A stretch of DNA of 64,000 bases from Calcarisporiella thermophila CBS 279.70 (lineage: Eukaryota > Fungi > Calcarisporiellomycota), in NCBI RefSeq assembly GCF_041956535.1, contig NW_027192199.1, forward strand, positions 310,001-374,000, read 5' to 3'. Below, piece after piece: positions 50,330 through 63,363 of the stretch. Each line of letters begins with the position of its first letter. The first letter of the stretch is position 1. The notes below the pieces were generated by a model. That model was not told where the DNA came from, searched no databases, and saw only the letters and a program-made list of their open reading frames with translations. Position numbers and translations under genes: made by a program.

Positions 50330-52694
50330 ATGACGGATCAGGATTACGATACAACAGAGCAATCAGCCGAAATCTCGAGTAGTCAGGAGGTCAGGGAGGA
50401 AAGCCCACCTCAAAAAATAAGCAAAACTATCCAAGCATTTCCTGTTTTTGAACAGAAAAAGCCCACAGCAAAGGATATAGCATTTGCGAAGTCTCTCGGA
50501 GTGCCTGAGTGGCTTGCCAAACCTACACATGTCGATCCGGAAAACACGACTTCTGTAGACGATGTGGGCGTTGGTCTTTCATCCCATATCATTCAAAGAT
50601 GCAAAGAAGTTGGGATTGAGGAGCTATTTTCTGGTATGCAAACTCGTACCCACTCAAGACGTAGCTATTTACCCAGTCTAATATGCTTGCCATATTTATA
50701 AAGTACAAGCTGCCGTTATTCCGATTCTGTTTCGTTCGCGACTTCTCTATGAACGACACCAGCACCCTTCAGATATATGTGTATCCGCTCCAACCGGGAG
50801 TGGAAAAACACTGGCCTATGTTTTACCTATCGTCGAGGTAAATGTTGCATTTTTTTTTCATTAAAAAGTTTACTATACATCAACTCTACACTTTCTTGGT
50901 AGATATTGTCAAAACGAATTGTCACACGACTACGGGCCCTAATAGTCCTTCCGACAAGAGATTTAGTGTTGCAAGTCAAAGAAGTGTTCGATGCATTCTG
51001 TAAAGGAACAAGTTTGAAGGTGTGAACAGATATATTTGATCAGCTTGAATTCTTTTAGCCAGTGACTATATTTTTCCTCCACGGAACTCTTGATGATGTA
51101 GGTTACAACTGTCACCGGTCAACATTCATTTGCACATGAACAATCACAGCTTGTTGACACATCTCTTTCTTGGTACATAGAATTATTTCTCTTCTTTACA
51201 ACCACTTTCAATGCAACTCACCTCTATCACCTTTCTTCCACGTTATATTAGTCTCGATGGGGGTGCTTCGAAAGTTGATATATTGATTGCTACTCCAGGG
51301 CGTCTCATCGACCACATCAATTCCACCCCCAATTTCACACTCCAGCATCTCCGCTTCCTCATCATTGATGAGGCAGATCGCCTGCTGAATCAGAGCTACC
51401 ACGACTGGTTAACCCACATCCTACGGGCATTAGAACCTCCATCAGGAGAAGGTATTGAGAAGAAAATGCTAAAAGTACCCTTGGATAACCTAAAGTAAGT
51501 AGAATGATTTTCACTCTCTGGGAGTTCATTTAATATTCAAAATTTTGCGGTAGACTTCCAATACACGATGCCGTTGCCCCACACTTTATACCATCTCTAT
51601 TCAGTATCCCCGACACAGATCTCACCGATCACAAACCACCCATAGTAAGTATGACTATTACTTATCGCTTTTGTCAGCTATTCAATTTATTGAATGGAGT
51701 GTACTGAAAAAATGCTGGTTTCAATTCTAGGTTCAAAAGCTCCTTTTCTCCGCTACTTTAACACGCAACCCTGCAAAGATTGCTAGCCTACATCTTATTA
51801 ATCCGCACTATATTGCGGTTCAATCCTCCGCTGCTTTAGGGGTGGAAAATGTCAAGTACACGACTCCCTCGGGACTGCGGGAGCATATGATTGTATGTGA
51901 GTCGGCTGAGAAGCCGATGATTGTGATGCATTTGCTCAAAAATGTCGGAATCAACTCTGCACTATGCTTTACCAAATCCGTGGAGGCCGCACGTCGACTG
52001 TGTAAACTGGTTTCTCTTTTCGATGATATTGACAGAAAGAATGAGGGAGTTGGAAAAGTAACCGTTGCGGAGTTCTCTAGTGAGCTGGACAAAAAATCCC
52101 GCACCACACTACTCAAGCGTTTTGCCCGTGGAGAGATACAGCTTTTGGTATGCTCGGACCTTATTGCAAGAGGAGTTGACTTGGAGCGAGTGCAGGTGGT
52201 CATCAGCTATGATGTACCTGTTTTCATGAAGAAATATATTCACCGTGTGGGACGAACAGCGAGAGCGGGCCGAGAGGGTGATGCGTATACCATCGTTGAA
52301 ACTCAAGAGGTAAATCAATATTGATCTTCTCATGCAACAACACTTAGCTGATTCTGTGTAATAGGCGCGTCATTTCAAGGAAATGCTCACCAAAGCCAAC
52401 CATCTTGACAGAGTCAAGAAAATGAATATTGGGAAGCCGATCTTAGATGCAATGATGCCGACCTATCAAAAGGCACTGAAAGCGCTGCGCGACACTGTGA
52501 CGGGTTCGAAAAAGTCGGTTAGAAAATATTTATTAAAGGAAGGCGAAGATCAGAATGACGACGAAGTGACCGAAAGTGAGAGTGAGAGTACGAGTAGTAG
52601 AGAGGATGAAAGTGAGAGCGAAAATGAAAGTGAAAGCGAGAGCGAGAGCGAGGATAGCTCAGAAAATAAAAGCGACGCGATGCAGATAGATTGA
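50330..52694 (+). CDS. DBP6: DEAD-box RNA helicase Dbp6/DDX51
   Basis: VPEWLAKP, SAPTGSGKTLAY, PTRDL, TPGRLIDH, DEADRLL, SATLT, ARGVD and HRVGRTARAG; acidic tail. Confidence 0.93.
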
Positions 52695-52974
52695 AATCTT
52701 CGAAATTATATATCCATTGTAATTTATTGACCTTACAGAGAAATAAAATAATATAAAGTATAAGTATAGAGTAGATAACACGACTTTTTTTGGGAAATCA
52801 GTGCTAATCTGGAAATCAGTGTTCGTAGAACCTAGTCACATCTTATCATGAAGGCAATCAAGGTCACTATCCCTTTAAATAGATGTTCCATAATCCTCCC
52901 CCTAGCTTACATAACCACTTGATAAAACTCTAACAAAAAGGGTGAAAAATTTTGTATGGTAGACACTAGAGGCG

Positions 52975-55416
52975 TTATGAGGAATTTCCACCAGGAGGGT
53001 TTGGCTGGTGGTGCCCACTGTACTGATAGTTATAGTTGCCCTCAGTAGGGTAAGCACCTCCATTTTTTGCAGATTCATCTTGAGGTAAATAATATCCTTT
53101 GGCAGAAACGACCGAAAATAAGTCAATTAGCCTAACTGGTAGGCGAGCGATATGCATTAAAAATGCGGCTTACCCTGATATCCGCCGTTCCCCGATTCTG
53201 GATAGGCATAATTTTCTGAACTCACTCCATATCCATTATTTGCATTATCTCCTGCATTATTTCCATACGATGCTAAAGAATATCCTTGTCCATAATATGC
53301 ATTATATGACCAATAGGGATCTTGAGAGTATTCTCCTGGTTGTTGAGGATTTGATTGTGATTGTATTTGCTGCTGATTCTGATATTGCCCATAGTATTGA
53401 TTGTATACCCCATTTTGATTATTCCCGTTGAAACTATCGTGTGATTGTGACTCAGGACCACCCCCTTTGGAATTAAAATCTTGTACGAGCTGAGTATTGC
53501 TATAGGAAGGATAGTTAGCTTGTGGGAAGTTAGATGGGTGATTTCGAGCATGGGTAGAGGATTGCTTGTTGCCATAGCTAGCTCTGTAAGAATCATTGCG
53601 TTGAGGGGGGTACCTATGTGAGATGAAAGCAAACCAAGAGTTAGTCGGCCCCCTCTATGCATTTTTAGCAACCCCAATCAACCTACCCCACATTTCCGGA
53701 AACGCGATGCTCACGCATACCACGATCGCGCTAGTTGACCCAAGTATGAATCGAAGAGACATCATATTCAACCGCAAAATAGAAAATGTAACGAATCACA
53801 TAAAAAGAAGCCGAGCAAAATATCCAATATAAATATAAGGTAGAGAGAGAGTCAATATTGCGCTTCGTTAGCATATCATATTCAACCTCAATATCTCTAG
53901 CCATCCACCGATCTTTTCCCTCCACCACTTGATCCCAATCAACGCATCCAACTTTGCGAAATCTCAGCTCAGGAGCAGAGATATCAACGAAAAAAATAAA
54001 AAAAAATAACATTTACTCTAGCAGTATCGACTTTGTCCTCAATCAATTTACGAGCATAATCAATCATCTCAGCATTTGAACCTAGATCAGAGATAGGCAT
54101 CCTTTCCAAATAAATAAAGAGCGAGTCGTATGGGGAAGATATTCATCCATAAAAAAAAATCACTTTGCCCGTGATTTCAGGAAATAGATGAAGTGATAGC
54201 CACTAGAAATTTAGCAAGCAACAAGAGGGAATAATTTACCCATAAGAGTTATTTTTCGCTCTGTGCCTGGAGGTCCATGTGCCTGTTCGATCTGGACACG
54301 AACACTAGTTTTTGCCTCTATGCCTTTAATGGTTTCACCACCTTAATAATAGATTCAAGCGAAGGATAAATCGTGAAAATCTTAACAATAAATTCCATCG
54401 CAATTAAATAATACCTCGCCCAATAATGAGGCCCACGAACTCGTTTGGCACGCTTAACACAAGCTCCTCCGCTTTCCGTGCTTTATCACTGCCCAGTCCA
54501 GGACGAGAATGCGGACGAGAATAGGAGGGCGACTGGTCGTGTGAAGCGTAATTTGATCCATCGTATCCAGCATCACCAGACATATCGTGCTTTTGATAGC
54601 CGCCGTGGTTTGAGCCCCGGTCCCTTCGGAAATTTGGAGGTGCAAATTCGCGATCATGGCGACCCCGTGGTTGGCCATGATCAGCCGGGCCGTTTGAGGA
54701 AGGAGAAGCGTTACGGTTCTCGTAATCAGGCCTCCGATAATGCCCACGAGTAGCTTCGGGCTCATCAGCATATGCAGAACCATAATGGACGTCTTCGAAG
54801 GGAGCGCCATTATCTAAATGAATAGACGTATAGTTATTAATATTTGTAGTCATTAATACAAACATTTTCGTGCTTCAATTTTTTTTTAAAAAATAGGTAT
54901 TTATAACTATTGGCTCACCATCATAAGCCGATCGTTTTGCAGATCTCTCCCCTTTATAATGATCGTCGTGCGACCCGCCTCGATAGTACTTATTTGAAGT
55001 TTGATCAGAGGTAACATAATCATATGATCGTTTTTGTCCTACGCATATAAAAACGTCATTTTCAGTACAATGAAATGGTTATGCCAACGCTATTCACCAG
55101 GATAATTTATTGTCGATTCAGCATTCTGTGGCCAGGAAGAGGTTAAGTTAGATTGACCATAATATAGCGCTTCAGAAGGTACTTGGGCTTTGCTCGCTGT
55201 AAGATGATCATCGCTACTAGCTGTGGCAGGGGCAGATTCGTTAGCTTGGCCTTTCGCGCCTTGCATCTTCAGTTTGGCTGCTATTGCGCGTGCCTTTGCA
55301 AGGGCATCGTTAAATTCGACTTTAGTTTTCGAGCTGTTAGAAGAGAGAGAAGGGGGAGGAGGGACTGCATTGTAAGTTCGGGAATTAGCCGTAACGTCTG
55401 GTGGGCCACTATCCAT
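52975..55416 (-). CDS. FUBP/KSRP-like KH-domain RNA-binding protein with a Q/N/Y/G-rich tail, about 8 exons
   Basis: N-box-like FNDALAKARAIAAKLK; KH VPNEFVGLIIGRG-GETIKGIEAKTSVRVQI...ARKLIEDKV; Y/N/Q-rich C-terminus. Confidence 0.75.
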
Positions 55417-55975
55417 GGCTTGATGAGATTGAACGGAGAATAATAATGATAATAATAGTAGTTATAATTCATGGTTATGATGCACAAAATCGGTCTCGAT
55501 CTCTCATCTACCCTCAACTAATTGGATATTTGGGGCATAGATGAGATATGCGAAGGTTAATCAAAATTGACAATCCATAATGCCCTATTCAACACGCCTT
55601 CTGTCGCACGACTCTCCTAGGTGCTCCCTTATACACCCTATCAAGAAAAAAAATCTGCAAAAACAGGACGCATTGGCTTGTACAGCAAATCCCCACACAC
55701 TCTATTATGCATGATAACGGGGGAAAAAATGCCTTTTGTTTTTCTGTTCATTTCACATACAAGCTCTTCCCATAAAACCCATGTGGCCAGTTTCTGTGGC
55801 CGAAGCCGTATTAGGAGGTTTGCTTGCCCCACTAGCACATCCAAGCGCAATGATGTAATAAGCGCTTTAAGTCGGCAAGCATTGCCCGCCGAAGTTGGAG
55901 GGAAGTGCCAGATATGGCGGAGGTGGGCCTTGACGCAGCTGACATTATGGGGTAATGTGAGAAGAAGAGGCCTGA

Positions 55976-56793
55976 TGGATCTGAAATTCAATTTTGCTCG
56001 GATTTTGGTTAGGTTACATTTCTCTAGTAATCCGACTTATATTGACCTATGCTGTGAACTCTAAAGATTTGTTTGCAGCTCAACTCTCTTCCCAGCTTTC
56101 CTATCGCTTGTGCGTATGTTTTTTTTTCACACAAATATGAAAGCGTTAGCCTTCTCCAAGCTAAAAGGCCTGGAGCGCCCGAGAAAGTTGATTTAGCTGC
56201 ATTGTCGTGGGGGCAGGGTTGGTTTGGTTGCTTCTCGAATTCCCTAAACTTTAGATGAATATTTCTTCTCGTGGTAGAGTTTACCTCGAGCAAATGACAA
56301 ACTCAAGCTTATTTCTGCACTTGGTCTCCTTTTTTCACATTCTTTGCTTACTCAATCATGTAGCCCTTCATGGGGTCCAATACTGCTGCCGCAGCGTATC
56401 AGAATCAGGATCTGACGAAGCCCCAAGGTATTATGGTATCCTACTCCATACGATCTCGCCCCATCTTGTCCGACCTCGAGAAAATCCTAAGGGAACAAGT
56501 AGCAGGGGAGGGGAGAGGAAGGGAAAAACAAGGACATGCACCAACTTCTCCCCAGATGTCATGCTGAACTATATCTAAACTATACAGCAGCATATTGAGC
56601 TCGCGCTCAAGGAGTGGGCAAAGTCTTAAAAATTCTGCATAAAAATGAGCGTTTATAAACCGTCGCCCACTTGTGCTCTTTCCTTTTTTTCCCCCTTTTC
56701 CCCTGTCTCAGCTCGCGCCGTGGCACACTTTTCGAAGGTCCCCTCCCTCTTAACCAAATCGAAAGTGAAGCAGAACGAAGAGAGCAAATATGA
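55976..56793 (+). CDS. Possible small multi-exon hypothetical gene
   Basis: In-phase candidate exons PFMGSNTAAAAY...EKILREQ, QHIELALK and DSRRGTLFEGPLPLNQIESEAERREQI-stop with plausible splice sites. The 5' exons are uncertain. Confidence 0.35.
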
Positions 56794-57333
56794 CGAAAGA
56801 AGTCGTCTGGGTTCCTTTCTGCTACTGCCGAACTTGCGGAAGTAAGTGGCGAGGCATTTCCTGTTGCACGTTCCCCAGCCCTAACCAGATTCTGGTTTGT
56901 CGGAACTGCGAATGTGCGTACCCTATGCATACATCGAATTGCCAGCATCAGTGATCGAAGAATACTCTGTATTCCATCTGCGTATATTGGCGGGCATTCT
57001 CTCTCATTCAGCCTTCCTTCCCGCCGGCAAAAACTAAAAACAAAAACCCATGTTTGCTTTGATACCTTCTATAAACATCTTCTTTCCTCTCTTAGTTTCA
57101 ATCTATTTCGCCGTCGTGTTTCCATTATATAATTATTTACTCGCATCATTATTTAGTCTCTCTACTTGTGGGTAAACAATATGCATTGATTTACATTATT
57201 TATTTGTTATTTACAAAAGCTGGCGAAAAAAAGTCTCTGAAATAAAGGCGTATAATGCAAATGATATATAGTTCAGAGCCATTGTGGAGATAAATAATTG
57301 TTAAAATATGGTATCATAATCAAACAATCCCGC

Positions 57334-60169
57334 TTATTCTGAATGTCGTTCCCAATTCAACACAGTTCCAAACATTCGGTACCTTATCCGCACATCCCCC
57401 AATGCATCCAGTGCCTCGTATGATTTGATATAACACTCGAAGAATGCCGGCTTTTCTCCGTCAAAGAGCGTAGAGAGGCACTCTTGCATGTTCATAAGAG
57501 CGGCGTTATCTTGGTAAAGGCTAATAAAACAGAGATAAACAATTCGAATCAATCCAAACCTCTTTCTTTTACCCAAGAGTCATAATAAACTTACTTTGAA
57601 GGGGGTAAGTCCGCCAAAAAATCACATGCATCCTCTCCATATACAATTACCGGCATCGTCGAACTTTCTTCATCCTCAAGTAAGAGCACGAACCGATATA
57701 TATAGCATGGTTGCACCTTCTTCTCACACACTACGCAAGAGAGGGCATCGATATCCGACCTCGGTTCATAGGTGGTGTCACAATTACGACACATGGGGCG
57801 AGTAAAATCCTGAAGCTGCCGAGGAAGAATATCAACCACGCGTGCACGAATTCGGAATTTATTCACTATCTACTCAACGCAGGGTCAATCGATCTCTCCG
57901 TTAGCTACCACAATGTGGCGTCTATGAATTGAGTCACTTACTTGATCACAAGCAAATATTTCTTTGAATGTTGATAGGGGTGCATCCGAATCCACTAGTG
58001 TAGTGATGCTGGGAGAAACTTGAGACGCAGGTGGTAGTGATGGAATCTCGTCTAACATGGTTTCTTCCCATTCTCTTTTAATCTCCTCTCGATGCTTTTC
58101 CTTTCGCCTATTTTTTTTTTGTCGGTTTTAGAAGTGGCAAAATAAATCAGGTATTATCTTGCATCAAATCACATACTCAAGTATCTCTTTCAAGATGGGA
58201 TCATTCTCTGCTATCTTGCGTACCATAACTCTCTCCGGATCAGTCTTATCCCCGTGCACTGCTACAACTAAATATCCATCGTCCATTCGTGTTTTTCCAT
58301 TTCGTAAAAATACAAAATCTCCTGGGGCAAGATCAGTAGAGATCTCTGCATTCTTTTCCCAAAGTGTTATGCGAAGTACACGACGACCCATGATGCTCTG
58401 GTCGGGTGATATTAGTTGAGTATCCTTGAGGAGCTCGTTGGTTGTGTAATCAGTGACATAAATAAACGCGTAATTGGCAGAGGCGGAGGACTGCATAGGA
58501 GATATCTCCAGGATCTAAGGCAATAAAGAAGGTGGGAGGAGGGGAGGGGGCGATTTAAGTACTCAATTATGATCTCAGTATGATGGATCTCATTACTTCG
58601 GCATAAAGGTCCAGATACATTCCTGGCTGCAGATTCGAGATGAGCTCCACCCGGCGCCCGTGTGCACTTGTCTTTGTCGACAATTGCTCGCCTGCATACC
58701 ACCTAACTATACCTTCACAATTAGAACCGAGCGAAATGAATTGAATAGATGAAGCATCACCATTTATTTTAGGAGGCGGAGAAGTGTTAGACTTTTGCTT
58801 CCATAACTCTTTAATTTCTTCCTTATGAGCTCGTCGGCGCCTAAACAGTAAAATAGAAAATTCAATGACGTGGTTTTATATATATTTTAATGGCCGCTAC
58901 GGTTTTTACTTCAGCAGTTCCCATAGATTCATACTCCCTTTATCTACTATACTAACGGACACTTTTTCAGGAGCAAGTTTGTCGCCATGAAGAACTAACA
59001 CCAAGAGTCCATCGTCAAGCTTTGACTTAGCATTTCGTAAGTAGACGAAATTTCCGGGTGAGAGTTTGGCAGCGAACACTGCGTTTTGATCCCAGAGTGT
59101 CCCACGAATAACCCGCTTGCCCATCACACCCTGTTCAGGAGAGATAAGCTGGACATCTTTTAAGTGCGTGTTCGTCGTGTAATCCGTGAAGTAGACGTAA
59201 ACATAGTTAGCACTATTGAATGATTGTAAGGGAGAAACCTCCAGCACCTTAATAAGATGTGGAAAATAAAGATATGGTTAATACTACCCGCAAAAAACCA
59301 TTCAACTATTACGCGGAACTTCGCCTCCATGTAAAATTGTGACGCCAAGTAACCGAAGACAATCTTTTACCTCTGCATAGAGATCCATATACATTCCAGG
59401 TTTGATATTCGCTATTACCTCCAATTTTCTTGAATATCCACCCATGGTCTTTGCCGTCTGCCTTTTTGATATGGTTAGGTCGCGCCACCATGTACGCAAA
59501 ACTCGAATCACTTTTGATTCCTCAGGGCCTATTATGAGACGTGGTCGCTTATTTCCAATTGAGTAACGTGGGGCGCTATTCTCATTTGACGCTTCCAGTA
59601 CAACCCATGTAGCGTCCCAAGAAGATATGAGCTGGATTTTTCCTTGAAACATTTGAGCCTACAAGTAAAGGGAAATTAGAGGAAAATGTAAAGAGCGCAA
59701 ATGGAGATTATTAGTACCTTTAAGCGATGGAATAAAACAATATCGCCCACATCACGTACATCAGGAAGAGCTGAAATACTTTTTGCGAATATTAACACGC
59801 GTACTTCTTGGTCTTGCTTGGTGGGATCAACAATTGTCATTGAGCGGCTAAAATCTGCAAAGAAAGTTTACAAACCGTTAAAAGGAAATTAATAACAAGC
59901 ATTATTAAAATAAAGAGGTTCCGTACCGCTTCCTTTTGTTGGCTGAGGTGGTTTAGCAGAGGAAACAACGCCTATGATGTCAACGATCACCCCAGGTTGA
60001 AGGGTGGCAAGTGTGGTATATTTGTTATTTTGCTGATATAGTTTACCGCGAGAAAACATTGAATATCAGTTTAACAGCAACGTAATACATTTGTGGTGAG
60101 CACACTTACAGCATATTGCAAAATCACGGACACAGGATCAAAGTCATTTATACCCACCGAGGCTGTCAT
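57334..60169 (-). CDS. POT1: Telomere ssDNA-binding protein Pot1 (OB1, OB2 x2, C-terminal OB with CxxC pair)
   Basis: OB1 VDIIGVV...TKGS-DFSRSMTIVDP...LPDVRDVGDIVLFHRLK; OB2 DLYAE...TDYTTN...TLWD...VYLRN twice; C-terminal KFRIRARVVDILP..CRNC..CVVC..YRFVLLLED..FECYIKSY..YRMFGT. Confidence 0.9.
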
Positions 60170-60567
60170 TGGCAACTGGTAAGTCTTCGTGGTTTTTTTC
60201 TGTTACTATATTAAATCGGTTATCCCCCATTGGATAACTCTTATAGATCTCTCTCCCTATGAAATTGAGTTCCCTTGCTTCAAAATCTCTGCCATCTAAG
60301 CTCCCCGAAATTTCAACGCCTGTGCTCTCTTTTTAGGATCCTTGTTCTCCCTTTTTGACAGGTAACAGCCTGTTTTATTTTTAAATGCAAATACAGATAG
60401 ATGCCTTCCCCCCATTAGCACTGTGATTTTTTGTCGAGAATTTCACAATTCAGCCGTACTTGATTATTTAACTATTTATTCGAGTGGGATTCTTTCCCCT
60501 CTTTTCTCATTCACCTCGTACTCACCGCTGTTCTGTCTTCTGGGCTCATCCACCCTGCTCCCCACTA

Positions 60568-61819
60568 ATGGACCAGATGAGCGTGGATCCTACCCACGAC
60601 GCAAAGTATAACATGGAGAAGCACAATTATTCTTCTGGCTTCTCTCACCGCTCGCCTACGCAGCAACCAAATATCTCGCAGACTACGGTCATGCTGCATT
60701 ATATATTGTGGGGTAAATATAAAACAGATTACATGTGGAAATGAAGGATTACAGAATATTAACGCGGTGAAGTTGAGAAGAAAACAAAGTTCTTATTGCG
60801 GCTTCGTCGGCAGCAATATGTGGGGTGCTTGGTGGCTTTCCAGTAAGAGCATTGATAGCCGGGATTAGAAATTTTAAAAATGCCTCACTAATATGCTCTC
60901 TAGTTTGATTCTATAAAAACTCGCATGCAAACCCACAATTACAGATCCGCATTCGATTGCGTTAAGAAAACGTATGCGGAAGAAGGGCTACACGGATTCT
61001 TTCGAGGTACAGTTTATAATGTTTTTTAAAAATTAAACGAATGCTTCATTTTCCGTTAACTCGCTAGGTATGCTCCCTCCACTTGCCACTATATCCGTGA
61101 TCAAATCCATCTCTTTTTCCGTTTATGAGGGTACAAAGTCTGCATTATGTACTCGCGCTGGACTCGCTTTTCAAGACTTTTCCATTCCTTCATCAACGGC
61201 TGTGGCCTTTGTCTCTGGAGCGGCCAGTGGATCTGTAATATCTCTCTTGAGTTGCCCCCTCGAGCTTGTAAAAATTCAGAAACAACTCGAACAATTACTC
61301 TGGACACGGGAGCATGCCAAAGCGCCGGATGAAAGACAGACCAGGATACATACAACGAGTTGGCATTCAGCTAAAGAAATAGTGCGCTTGAAAGGCGTCA
61401 GAGGATTATGGTACGGCTTTCCTTCTCACTTTGCACGGGATGCCCTCGGCACTGGGATGTATTTTGGAAGCTATGAAACTTGGAAGCGCGTCATATCCGG
61501 CCCCGGCAACCCCTCTGGACCATTGACTCACTTCTTTGCGGGTGGCCTCTGCGGTATCTTTAGTTGGCTGATCATCTTTCCGATTGATCTAGTCAAGTCC
61601 ATGTATCAGAAAGAGGCGCTGAGCCCCCGAGCTGCCTACAAAAATACTTGGCAGTGCGCACAGGCGATTTTGAAGGAGAGCGGACTGGCTGGCTTCTATC
61701 GTGGCATAAATGTAACTTTAGTCAGAGCCTTCCCTATACACTCGTTAAATTTTCTGGTGTATGAGCATGTGCTGAAGATGATTCGAGTGTATACCAATAA
61801 TGGAGAGTGGACGCGGTAG
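60568..61819 (+). CDS. Mitochondrial carrier family protein (carnitine/ornithine-carrier-like)
   Basis: Three PxD/ExxK motifs (PFDSIKTRMQ, PLELVKIQKQ, PIDLVKS), GFFRG/GLWYG/GFYRG and RAFPIH. Confidence 0.92.
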
Positions 61820-63363
61820 GATTTTGCTTGTCTAGAAACAGTTTTTTTTTGTTTTTTTCCTCCACCACCATTTCCATCCCCCCTCTCTCCGGTTACTTTG
61901 TTTGCTTGGATGTGTAGAAAGGTTATCCAGTTCCCATTTTTCAATATCTTGTACCAATAATACTTCTTTTCTTTTTCTTTTTTCTTGCTTTTCCTATTGT
62001 TTTGCTCTTTCCTTCTAATTTCTGTTCTATTTTTGACCTATATTCTTTTTTTTTATACTTTTTTCAAGCCTCTATTTGAATTTAATGACTCTGATCCTCA
62101 TCCTCTCCCCTCTATACTCAAAAATATATCCAAATTTCTACAGGTTAGAATATCAGACTTCATCATCTCTTGATCTATATGACATTTGACTTGGACTATT
62201 CCGTTTTCCGAAAGTGCGCGATTGAATTAATATTGTTATGTTATTCATCTTGTTTCCATGCCACATAATCAGCAAAACAATAATCCTATTACAATTCCAT
62301 AGAGCGTGAACATTATGCTACATAAAGTCATGTTCCTTTTAAAAATGGAATAGGACTTTATGTAGAAATTTTTTTCAAAATTTTAATCTTGCCATTTATT
62401 TCCAAAAGATTAAGATATCGTAAATGAAGGAAAAATAAGCTAGTTTTCCACTCTGAATTTAAGCGCGGAGCTTTAAAATGGAATTGAAAAATTAAACCGT
62501 CTCATATTCTCAAATTTACATTTAAAGCCACACCTGTTTTTTACACTCATTATAATAGCTTTTCATAATGGCATTAAAGCCTTGCTCTACATCGCTGCAA
62601 AACTTCCTCCAAAACAAAGTCGGCCAAGGGCCAACTTTACAACATGTGAGAAAATTAATTTGATGAAATTTATCAAACTGATTTCTGATCCTTTGGTTTT
62701 AATTTTTGATAGTTTATACTTCGAGCTCAAGCATTATCAATGTACCGAACTATTTTAAGGACATTACGACGTAAAGTTACGAATAGTAGGATCCCAAAAG
62801 GATTTTCTATACTAAAACTATTCATCTAGATATCGACAAGCGTAATGCAAATGAACTCCGAGAATGGGCTAGACACGACTTTGAACGAACAAGAAATGAA
62901 ACGGACATCGTACTTTTCTCGCCGCTTCCATTTCCTCTCCAATAAGCAGATCGCTAATCTAGCTCTTTTTTTTTTTTCAATCGTGTAGGAGAAAATCAAA
63001 TACTATCTTTCGCTTGGGAACACTGAAATCACCAACTTTAAACGTAGTCTGGCACTTGCTCAACCAGAACTCGAACTGTCACAACCGAAAACCAAGCGCT
63101 GTTAGCAACTTTCCAATACCATTTTTCTTACTTTAGAATGTAAATATAATCGACTGTTAATTTACCCACTAATGGTGCGGTTGTGAAGTTATTTTTTTAG
63201 AGAAGCAAATTGAAAAAAATATTCACATATGACATTTATGTAAAAATTAAATATAACTCAAAAAACAATCCATGCTCAAGAATAAGACACCTGTCTCTTT
63301 ACGATTGCCAGCGATGCATTTCATATTCCTCTCTCCCTCTCTCCTCCCAACCGGAATCGGCCA

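Noticed and set aside
56878-56888. CCCTAACC next to POT1 as a possible telomerase RNA template
   Set aside because: It is only 8 nt and is better explained as a CTAAC branch site before a cag acceptor of a 47-nt GTAAGT intron. I could not see a supporting pseudoknot or other TER structure.
62820-63125. Possible tiny spliced gene on the minus strand
   Set aside because: Splice signals are weak and the translation is unrecognisable, so there is not enough support.
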